Shown here one piece after another: positions 56,988-64,000 of a DNA stretch of 64,000 nucleotides (positions are counted from its first letter, which is position 1; each line of letters opens with the position of its first letter). Location of the stretch: positions 3,250 to 67,249 of IMG/VR virus record IMGVR_UViG_3300022553_000001; one strand, written 5' to 3'. Position numbers and translations under genes: made by a program. The DNA is from a virus. Lineage: Duplodnaviria > Caudoviricetes. Under the pieces are notes generated by a model. It was not told the origin of the DNA, searched no databases, and was given only the letters and a program-made list of their open reading frames with translations.

Positions 56988-57686
56988 ATGGAACGCGGAA
57001 TGTACGGCGAAATCAAAATGAGTACAATCAATGAGAGCGAGCGTAATCAGATTCGCCAACTTGTTGAGGATGCAAATTCCGGCGCGGCGATTGATGAACA
57101 CGGCGCGTGGAATTTCGGAATCCAATCGAGCAATCGAAGTGGCACCCGGGGATTGGCGCTGAACTGGGATTGCTATGGATTCGGAAACGACATCCACTCC
57201 GGCGTTTTCCTCACGGTAATCCAGGTGCGACAGACTTCCTGGAACAAGTACGGCAACTCCTCACGCAAGTCGTATTTTTTGCTCGGCATGAATGAGGATA
57301 GAACGACATTCGCACATTGCGTCGAGTCGCGCGCGATCCACAATGCAATTGCAAGGGGTCACGACGTAGTGGTCGCAATCCAGACTTGGATGTTTGGTTG
57401 CGATTACAATAAGGTTATTCGGCAAGGCGACCTCGCGCTGGTGCCGGTGCGGTCACCGAAAGGCGACAAGACCAACGAACGCGCGGCGAGCATCGGATCA
57501 TCGCGCGGCTATTCACATCTGCTCCAATGCGACGAAGTGCGGCGCAATGGAAATCTCTATGCACTGAATCCGGTATTGACGCACAACCCCGGCACACATC
57601 GCAAAATTAGTGCACGGGGTTGGTACAAAGTCGTCAACTCGAATCGAGCACGGTTCTGGGATTTCTCCAGAACGCATGTAGATTAA
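56988..57686 (+). CDS. conserved-looking phage protein (RQGD..H..H motif)
   Basis: GGAGG SD at 56979; RQGDLALVP..SH..LTH..H. Confidence 0.65.
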   Translation: MERGMYGEIKMSTINESERNQIRQLVEDANSGAAIDEHGAWNFGIQSSNRSGTRGLALNWDCYGFGNDIHSGVFLTVIQVRQTSWNKYGNSSRKSYFLLGMNEDRTTFAHCVESRAIHNAIARGHDVVVAIQTWMFGCDYNKVIRQGDLALVPVRSPKGDKTNERAASIGSSRGYSHLLQCDEVRRNGNLYALNPVLTHNPGTHRKISARGWYKVVNSNRARFWDFSRTHVD

Positions 57687-57747
57687 CACAGAGTACCGCG
57701 CGATTTCGGTCGCGCGGTAATGTGGCAGACTGGTTACAAGCCCGGTC
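57687..57747 (+). ncRNA. twister ribozyme, P5-type permutation
   Basis: CACA-GAG-UA / 8-bp P1 hairpin / U^AA-UGUG-GC / GACUGGUUACAAGCCCGGUC; matches the twister core GUUACAAGCCC and GAGUA..UAA. Confidence 0.85.
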
Positions 57748-57771
57748 GGAACGGAGAAAGCCGAGATCACT

Positions 57772-57960
57772 ATGTTCAAGCGTATCAAAGTATTCAAGGC
57801 CCGCGTCATCACAGATGCCTATTCCGAGCCAACAATCCGCGCCGAGAAATTACGCCACGATGCCCGGCGACTGCGTATTCAGTATCCGAGCCGAATATTG
57901 ATTGTACAAGAATGGCGCGACGATCAATGGATCGATCAATATGAATTGGAGCGAGCATGA
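57772..57960 (+). CDS. hypothetical protein
   Basis: 62-aa ORF after the twister. Confidence 0.55.
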   Translation: MFKRIKVFKARVITDAYSEPTIRAEKLRHDARRLRIQYPSRILIVQEWRDDQWIDQYELERA

Positions 57961-58280
57961 ACAAACTAATCCAAAAACGCGACTTCAACGATGATGATCT
58001 TCATTATACCCAGATTGCACAAACAACCGATTACCCATATATGGTACGAGAATGGAAAAACGACAAGATGATCGCCATTGCCCATAACCTCTATGATCTA
58101 GAAGCAAAGGAAGCATTGAAGAGCAATATTGATAACCGCGACTTCCGACATCAGACCCGGGAACATCTCGCCGAGGACGCCGACCGGTGCCCAGAGTGCG
58201 CCAAGGAAATCGTCCAAGAGGAAGAGGATGAAGATATTCCCGGCGCGTTCGGAACACATCAGATTCACGACATTGGATAA
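57957..58280 (+). CDS. hypothetical protein
   Basis: Coupled ORF. Confidence 0.55.
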   Translation: MNKLIQKRDFNDDDLHYTQIAQTTDYPYMVREWKNDKMIAIAHNLYDLEAKEALKSNIDNRDFRHQTREHLAEDADRCPECAKEIVQEEEDEDIPGAFGTHQIHDIG

Positions 58281-58290
58281 TGCGATAATT

Positions 58291-58324
58291 TTTAAGGTTA
58301 CATTTATCCAATCCGTAGTATAAT
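58291..58324 (+). promoter_or_regulatory. phage promoter TTTAAGGTT-N19-TATAAT
   Basis: Exact motif. Confidence 0.8.
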
Positions 58325-58336
58325 AAGGTTGTTCTG

Positions 58337-58633
58337 ATGAATCTCGAAACTCTTTACCCGCAACTCAAATCCAAGTTTTACGTCTACAACGGTTACACTA
58401 CTCATCCGCTCAGCGTGATGTACGGCTGTGATTGGCTGGACTACTTGCATAAATATATCGCGGCGCGGAAGATCTTGGCTCGCAAGCGCCCTGACCTAGA
58501 GCAAAGAAAATTGACAACGGAGGTTAATGTCCTCAAGTCCTTGACACAGAAACATCGAGAATCAATGAAACATTTTCACGCGCTGCGAAGAGCAGCGAAA
58601 AAAGAAGAGCGCAAAACGCGCAAGGAGAAATGA
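58337..58633 (+). CDS. hypothetical basic protein
   Basis: First ORF after the promoter. Confidence 0.55.
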   Translation: MNLETLYPQLKSKFYVYNGYTTHPLSVMYGCDWLDYLHKYIAARKILARKRPDLEQRKLTTEVNVLKSLTQKHRESMKHFHALRRAAKKEERKTRKEK

Positions 58634-58890
58634 AAATGAACCAGGAACCGAAGGCAGAGATTCTGAAAATCTGCCCGAACTACAAACCAGTCAAGGTCCC
58701 TCTGGTTAACGAAGATGGAAATGCCTTCGCAATTATGGGACGTGTAACCAAAGCCCTGCGGTGCGCGGGTCATACTGACTTGGTGAAATTGTACCAAAAG
58801 TATGCAACAAAAGGTGACTACGACAATTTACTCGCGGTCACAATGGAATTTTGCGACGAACAATCGCAAGAAGAATCCGAGGAGGATTAA
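58630..58890 (+). CDS. hypothetical protein
   Basis: LVNEDGNAFAIMGRV..GDYDNLL conserved-looking motif. Confidence 0.65.
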   Translation: MKMNQEPKAEILKICPNYKPVKVPLVNEDGNAFAIMGRVTKALRCAGHTDLVKLYQKYATKGDYDNLLAVTMEFCDEQSQEESEED

Positions 58891-58891
58891 G

Positions 58892-59956
58892 ATGGAACTC
58901 TTTTCGGCTCACAAACAATGGAGAGATCGAGCACCAGACGAACGGTTCTCAACACTGAAAGAGCTACACGAGACCGTACTGGCACGACGGCAAGCCAGCG
59001 TAGAAAGTCACGTCGTGCCGTCGAGCATGGTATTTACGACTCACGAAAACGACGTAGTTTTGCAAGGCGCACAATCCCTCGCGGTTCCAAGCCATTGGGC
59101 ATTCACGCAGATGTGCGATTTGCTTGAAGCCCCTGCGCCGTGGATAAGGAAACTGCCTGCAACATTAGCGGCGGACAACTTGAACTTCGCGGCCAAGTCC
59201 GCGCCCCGCGAACGAATGGCAATGATGTGGGCGAACGGGTCAACCCCGGGCATTGTCCGCTGCTTTACGACTCTTGCCTACTCCCGACTCTGGGACAGCG
59301 ACATTGTCCAGATGCTCCGCGAGATGACCCAGGACGAAACGAATGGCTGGCACCGGCCCCCGGCGATAACGGACAATGAATATCCATCCGGTATCTACGG
59401 CTCTGACCGAAACGTATTCGTGTTTCTCGTCAACGAACAAAACAAACTTGACGACGGCGAAGAAGGGGGTTTGGCGCGTGGCTTCTTCTGCTGGAATAGT
59501 GAAGTTCGTCAGCAGAGTTTCGGTTTCAGCGCATTCCTCTACAAGTCCGTGTGCGGGAATCACATTGTGTGGGGAGCTGAGAAACTGTTTGACATCCGAA
59601 TGTGGCATATCGGACAAGGGATGTCCTTCCGAGCGCAACAGGAACTGGGTCGAGTACTAGGAGCTTACGCCAATGCTTCCACGCAAAAAGACCAAGTGGT
59701 CATCGACGCCGCGCGGCAGAAGATCGTAGCCAACACGCGCGACGAGACCCTGGGCTTTCTCTCCGCGAAGAATATCGGCTGGAACCGCGCTGAGGCGGAG
59801 AAGATCGTTGTCGCTGTAGAAAAGCAAGGCAAAGACCCAACGAATCTCTGGAACTTGGTCAATGGCGCAACGCGCATGAGCCAAGAGCGCGGCTACACCG
59901 ACGAGCGTACCTCCCAAGATCGGCGCGCCGGACGTATGCTGAACATAGTGTTCTAA
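58892..59956 (+). CDS. DUF932-family protein
   Basis: YSRLWDSD, SDRNVFVFL, RGFFCWNSEV, CGNHIVWG, W.LVNGAT; GGAGG SD before ATG 58892. Confidence 0.75.
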   Translation: MELFSAHKQWRDRAPDERFSTLKELHETVLARRQASVESHVVPSSMVFTTHENDVVLQGAQSLAVPSHWAFTQMCDLLEAPAPWIRKLPATLAADNLNFAAKSAPRERMAMMWANGSTPGIVRCFTTLAYSRLWDSDIVQMLREMTQDETNGWHRPPAITDNEYPSGIYGSDRNVFVFLVNEQNKLDDGEEGGLARGFFCWNSEVRQQSFGFSAFLYKSVCGNHIVWGAEKLFDIRMWHIGQGMSFRAQQELGRVLGAYANASTQKDQVVIDAARQKIVANTRDETLGFLSAKNIGWNRAEAEKIVVAVEKQGKDPTNLWNLVNGATRMSQERGYTDERTSQDRRAGRMLNIVF

Positions 59957-60052
59957 AATAATTCTCCGCTCCGCCCGACGCTACGGCGCGGTAGAATATC
60001 GGGAAAGCAAAACTGCCGGGGCGGAGAATAAAAACAAAGAAACGAGGAAACA

Positions 60053-60325
60053 ATGTGGAAAAGTGCATACAACACAAAACCGACTGATCTAAAGCCCGGC
60101 GACCAACTTGGCTCAGTTATTGTTGCAGTAATCGGGCACGCAGGAGATTGGGCGGCATACGAAACCGAGATTCCCGGAGAAAATACTACCTGTGATTTTC
60201 TTTCCGGCGCGCCTATTGAAAATTTCGCAGATTACACAGCCGAACAGGGCGAGAAAATTAGTCAGAAGGCCGCCGAATCTCTTTTCCCCGTTTGCGTAAA
60301 CGCTGGATTGAAATGGAGAAGTTAA
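60053..60325 (+). CDS. hypothetical protein
   Basis: GAGG SD. Confidence 0.6.
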   Translation: MWKSAYNTKPTDLKPGDQLGSVIVAVIGHAGDWAAYETEIPGENTTCDFLSGAPIENFADYTAEQGEKISQKAAESLFPVCVNAGLKWRS

Positions 60326-60326
60326 A

Positions 60327-60779
60327 ATGAACAACACAACGTTTGACGAAGCATCACGAATTCAAGAACAACTCATTACCGCGAGCGGCGATTTGGTCAA
60401 GCCACAGATGGACGCCGAGCAAGCCAGTTATGCGGTGCGGCAAACCGAGCAAGAACTCGAAAATGCCAAGTCGCTACTTTACGCCGAGCAACTGGCTCTG
60501 GGCAAAGAGGGCGTGTTGACCGGGAGCAATGAAAAAGCGCGCGAGGCGCAATTTGCCAAGTTCCTCACCACACAGCCCGCGGTTGTTGCCGCCGAAGCCA
60601 AGTTGCAAAAACAAAAATCAACGGAGGTCAACGCAAAGATTACATTGCAAACTGCGAAAATCAAGTTCGACGCTCTAAAAAGTGTAGCAGAGATTGGAGT
60701 TGCAAAATTGCTGTACGAGAAAGAGTTACTCGTTTCCCAAACCATCCAAATAAAAATGGAGACATTGCGGAACAAATAG
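60327..60779 (+). CDS. coiled-coil hypothetical protein
   Basis: Helical, E/K/Q/A-rich. Confidence 0.6.
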   Translation: MNNTTFDEASRIQEQLITASGDLVKPQMDAEQASYAVRQTEQELENAKSLLYAEQLALGKEGVLTGSNEKAREAQFAKFLTTQPAVVAAEAKLQKQKSTEVNAKITLQTAKIKFDALKSVAEIGVAKLLYEKELLVSQTIQIKMETLRNK

Positions 60780-60783
60780 TTAT

Positions 60784-60812
60784 TTTACTTTTGTCTCAAA
60801 ACGCGGTATAAT
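60784..60812 (+). promoter_or_regulatory. promoter TTTACT-N17-TATAAT
   Basis: Hexamers with 17-bp spacer. Confidence 0.7.
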
Positions 60813-60938
60813 ATAGTTGCCAACTGAAAGAGCGTAGTATTATTCACGCCAAAATACCGCAGTGTGACCTAGCCGCATTGAGCGCTCTTTCAGTTGGCAA
60901 ACTTAAAGGCGTAGATGCGGCTAGTTATTTGGAGGCAA

Positions 60939-61733
60939 ATGTATATTTACGGATTAAGGAAACCCGGGGAAAACAAGGAGACGGATATTCGGTACGTAGG
61001 CAAAGCCGAAAATCTGGAAAGGAGATTGAGAACACATCTGCGTGACAAAAGCAATAATTATAAAGTTCATTGGATTCAAGGTTTACGTAGATCAGGCATC
61101 ATTCCGGAAATATTTGTGCTCGAAGGATGTGGAGATAATTGGGAAGACCGCGAAATTTGGTGGATCGCATATTGCAAAAGCATTGGTTGCAAATTAACCA
61201 ATGGAACAAATGGAGGCGATGGCATTTCGGGATTTAGATTTTCAGAAGAATCCAGGAAGAAGATGCGGGAATCTCACAAAGGGCAAGTTCCATGGAATAA
61301 AGGGAAAAAATATCTAGATAAATACTCAAAAATTAGGACAAGTCACAAAGGACAAATCGCCTGGAATAAAGGCAAGAAAATGCCCAGAGAGTTTTGCGAA
61401 AAATTTGTCCCCTGGAACAAAGGCAAATGCTATTCTGAAAAAGAAAAGAAAATATCATACGCGTCGCGAAGGGGAATCCCACCATGGAACAAAGGAAAAA
61501 TCGCTTCAGAGGAAAGCAAAATTAAAATGTCACTTGCTCAAATAGGAAACAAACACATGCTAGGAAAACATCATACCAGGGAATCAAAACTCAAAATGTC
61601 CATTAGTCACAGAGGAAAACCAACTTGGAACAAAGGTATTTCCGCAACGGAAGAAACCAAAAGAAAAATGTCAATTAGTCAGAGAGGAAAACTACCATGG
61701 AACAAAGGAAAAAGAAAGGAGGCAAAAGCATAA
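60939..61733 (+). CDS. GIY-YIG homing endonuclease with NUMOD3 (PWNKG) repeats
   Basis: YIYGL..YVGKA..RLRTH; repeated WNKG; GGAGG SD before ATG 60939. Confidence 0.88.
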   Translation: MYIYGLRKPGENKETDIRYVGKAENLERRLRTHLRDKSNNYKVHWIQGLRRSGIIPEIFVLEGCGDNWEDREIWWIAYCKSIGCKLTNGTNGGDGISGFRFSEESRKKMRESHKGQVPWNKGKKYLDKYSKIRTSHKGQIAWNKGKKMPREFCEKFVPWNKGKCYSEKEKKISYASRRGIPPWNKGKIASEESKIKMSLAQIGNKHMLGKHHTRESKLKMSISHRGKPTWNKGISATEETKRKMSISQRGKLPWNKGKRKEAKA

Positions 61734-61796
61734 TATCAAAATAAATTCTTAATCGTGACACAAAAAATCCAAAATACGAAGTTATAAGGAGACAGA

Positions 61797-62558
61797 ATGT
61801 CAAGCCAACCAAATCCCAATGCAATCGCGCTTCCCGCCGAATTGCAAACCGAGATCGAGAACATTAACAAAGCCGACAAGAACAATGCATATCGACCCCT
61901 GAAACTCTTCGCGGTAATAAATAAAGACCGGCTCTGGATCACACAACAGGGGTCAGATGAGCCTCTGAAAAAATATGAAGAGATGGACGTGCACATCATC
62001 GCCGCGAAGATCACGCGCGCGGCGTACACGAACCGTGAGCAGAAAGCCCCGTCGTGTGTTTCAACTGATGGCGGTCACACTGGGACTCTGCACCCCGAGT
62101 TTGGGCAATTGCTTGAAATCACCGGCAAGGATTGCGATATTTGCCCACTGAACCAATGGGGAACCGGTAAGGACGAGAATGGAAATCCGACAAGGGGAAA
62201 ATTCTGCAAGGAACGCAGAAATCTATTGGCGATGTCGCCTGACTTTACTGACCCATTGATTGTCTCTCTCTCTCCCATGAGCATCGGAAAGTGGGATGCC
62301 TACGCCAGCGGACTGACTCAACTCAAGCCGCCCAGCGCCTATATCACACAGATGACACGCATCGGGGTCGAGGTAGTTACGGACGCCGGGCGCGAATTCG
62401 GAACCGCAACGTTTGCAGCAATAGGAGCGCTGTCCACTGATGCCGTGCGCCAAGCCATCGAGCTTAGGAAACAGTACCAGAACGTTATCGGAGGCATCGT
62501 GGTCGCGGAGCCGGTGGCGACTACCGCGCCGACAAGCGAAGAAGAATTACCGTTCTAG
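61797..62558 (+). CDS. putative ssDNA-binding/annealing protein
   Basis: PSCVSTDG..CDICPLNQWG..CKERR Cys motif; acidic EEELPF tail typical of SSBs. Confidence 0.6.
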   Translation: MSSQPNPNAIALPAELQTEIENINKADKNNAYRPLKLFAVINKDRLWITQQGSDEPLKKYEEMDVHIIAAKITRAAYTNREQKAPSCVSTDGGHTGTLHPEFGQLLEITGKDCDICPLNQWGTGKDENGNPTRGKFCKERRNLLAMSPDFTDPLIVSLSPMSIGKWDAYASGLTQLKPPSAYITQMTRIGVEVVTDAGREFGTATFAAIGALSTDAVRQAIELRKQYQNVIGGIVVAEPVATTAPTSEEELPF

Positions 62559-62641
62559 CAAATTGCAGCTGACCCGCCTACCGACGCGCAATTCGATGAC
62601 TTTGATGATACAACGGCGGGCAGCTGAACCGCGTGTTATGC
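62553..62641 (+). repeat. degenerate attC-like site a
   Basis: TGCAGCTGAC..GGCAGCTGAA..GTTATGC; left core degenerate (TTCTAGC). Confidence 0.6.
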
Positions 62642-62657
62642 CGCATCGGAGGAAGAA

Positions 62658-62861
62658 ATGGAATTTCCGCAGATTGATACAAGTACATGGTTTTACGAGA
62701 ATTGCAAGCGACAGCGCAAAAATGCCGCCAAGATTTGCCAAGTATGTCCATTTCGTGCCGGGATTGAAATCCAAGAAAAGGAGCGGCATAACCAGCGTTT
62801 GCAACCGAAGCGGCAAAGCCGCGTTTCTAAGAGTGGCGCGATACTCCCGCCGCTCGGTTGA
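62658..62861 (+). CDS. cassette 1 ORF, small Cys-containing protein reading through attC b
   Basis: GGAGG SD; C..CQVCPF. Confidence 0.55.
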   Translation: MEFPQIDTSTWFYENCKRQRKNAAKICQVCPFRAGIEIQEKERHNQRLQPKRQSRVSKSGAILPPLG

Positions 62862-62878
62862 AACGCAATCCGTTATGC
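62786..62878 (+). repeat. attC site b
   Basis: GCATAAC..TTGCAACCGA..TCGGTTGAA..GTTATGC. Confidence 0.85.
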
Positions 62879-62977
62879 AGATGGCGGGCGGGTAAACGAG
62901 GGGCGCACGCATCTCATCAAAGCGCCTGACTCACACGCAAGCGGGCAGAATGAGACGAACGCTTTTAACCGCCATCT

Positions 62978-63041
62978 GCATAACCCTCATTGCAGCCGAC
63001 TGGCGAACTACATGCCAGCGGCTGAACTCGATTCGTTAGAT
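62978..63041 (+). repeat. attC site c
   Basis: GCATAAC..TGCAGCCGA..GCGGCTGAA..GTTAGAT. Confidence 0.85.
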
Positions 63042-63067
63042 TTGCTTATCTTGAAAGGAGTGTTTTG

Positions 63068-63424
63068 ATGTCATATAATATTGATACCTGGAAAACCAAA
63101 AGTATTGACAGCCTTGAAATCCCGCTTGCGGTCATTCACAAAATGCCGGATGTAGAAGTTAAATTGTTGAATGATAACAAAGTCTGTATTACTGGCCTTT
63201 CAGAAGGCTTTGAAATCAATGGGGATTTGAACGGCAAGAATATTGCTGTCAATGATATTACTACCTGGGGGGAAGGTTCTGGTCATACATGGGATGACCT
63301 TCTTAAAGCGTTGAAGCACAGTAAAGGAAATCTCGTTGCTACTCAAGTTTGGGAGGGTGGTGACAGTATCACACGTCTAATCGTCAAAGATGGTACGATT
63401 ACGGAAGAGAAGGTTGAATTATGA
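63068..63424 (+). CDS. cassette 3 ORF, hypothetical protein
   Basis: AAGGAG SD; 118 aa filling the cassette. Confidence 0.75.
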   Translation: MSYNIDTWKTKSIDSLEIPLAVIHKMPDVEVKLLNDNKVCITGLSEGFEINGDLNGKNIAVNDITTWGEGSGHTWDDLLKALKHSKGNLVATQVWEGGDSITRLIVKDGTITEEKVEL

Positions 63425-63434
63425 TGATCGTGCA

Positions 63435-63527
63435 ATCTAACCAGCGCTTGCAACCAACTTGCTCGCGGGCGCGCAAATCCAATCATACTCGTAAGAACGC
63501 AAGCGGCTGAAACGCAATCCGTTAGCC
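63435..63527 (+). repeat. attC site d
   Basis: ATCTAAC..TTGCAACCAA..GCGGCTGAA..GTTAGCC. Confidence 0.85.
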
Positions 63528-63553
63528 CGCTTAATGAATAGGAGAGAATAGAG

Positions 63554-63706
63554 ATGAAAACACATCAACGCTTTGGCTTAGCTACCTTGATCGTATGGAG
63601 TACGCTGACCCAAATTGCACCGCCACATGACGAGGTGAATTTGGTATGCTGGGGCCTGAGTCTTATTTTTGCCATAATCTGCTTTGTGTGGGATGGGGCG
63701 GGCTAA
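63554..63706 (+). CDS. cassette 4 ORF, 50-aa membrane protein
   Basis: GGAG SD; stop TAA lies in the attC e core GGCTAAC. Confidence 0.65.
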   Translation: MKTHQRFGLATLIVWSTLTQIAPPHDEVNLVCWGLSLIFAIICFVWDGAG

Positions 63707-63792
63707 CCCTTCATTGCAGTTGACCGCCGCCGGTACGCCAATTTTGGATGGCCCATCTGAACACGGCGGCAACTGAACTCGATGCGTTAGAT
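63701..63792 (+). repeat. attC site e
   Basis: GGCTAAC..TGCAGTTGA..GCAACTGAA..GTTAGAT. Confidence 0.85.
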
Positions 63793-63806
63793 TGCTAGGA
63801 GGCCTG

Positions 63807-64000
63807 ATGTGTTACTGGTGTAAATTTGGTAAATCGCCTTCGTTCATCCGTGGCATCTTTGTCCATGCTGAGGGAGAGTGGGCCGGTGTTCGTTGGGCTA
63901 GTCTATGTACTAATGAAAGAGAGCGCCGACGCCAACTCCGGTTAGCCTATAAGCGTGGAGACATCCATAAGTATCCCGGGATGTACAGACGCAACCTAAC
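63807..64000 (+). CDS. cassette 5 ORF (runs to the window edge)
   Basis: GGAGG SD; MCYWCKFG..; ends at ACCTAAC, the start of the next attC. Confidence 0.55.
   Translation, partial: MCYWCKFGKSPSFIRGIFVHAEGEWAGVRWASLCTNERERRRQLRLAYKRGDIHKYPGMYRRNL

Larger units (their letters stand above)
62553..64000 (+). mobile_element. integron-type gene cassette array without an adjacent integrase (CALIN-like), continuing past the window end
   Basis: Five attC-like sites plus the start of a sixth, each separated by one small cassette. Confidence 0.82.

Noticed and set aside
62553-64000. attC repeats as CRISPR or REP/terminator repeats
   Set aside because: Repeats differ in length and sequence, are separated by whole genes and carry RYYYAAC/GTTRRRY cores

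Overview
A 64-kb segment of a tailed dsDNA phage, siphovirus-like: DUF935/Mu-type portal, Mu-type prohead protease, lambda-E-type capsid, 793-aa tape measure. I saw no integrase, repressor, CRISPR array, rRNA or tRNA. Three transcription blocks. (1) + strand 1-9.5 kb: primase fragment, DnaB helicase, ParB-like protein, Dam methylase, then a base-hypermodification-like cluster (two radical SAM enzymes, an aGPT-Pplase/AADT-like protein, a P-loop kinase, a CX5R phosphatase). (2) - strand 53.8 to 9.5 kb: RNA ligase, terminase, a nonulosonic-acid-type sugar pathway (PseB, NeuB, SpsF-like cytidylyltransferase and tailoring enzymes), then head and tail genes interleaved with two glycosyltransferases, a sulfotransferase, a methyltransferase and a ferritin. 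A compact group I intron splits a tail gene. (3) + strand 54-64 kb: replication initiator with iterons, an early operon whose spacers carry a hammerhead, a twister and unclassified structured RNAs, an SSB-like gene, and an integron-type attC cassette array that runs off the window end. Top leads: phage-encoded nonulosonate virion glycosylation, a phage-borne attC array, and a thymine-hypermodification cluster with no visible hmU source. All protein calls come from motif recognition by eye, not database searches.
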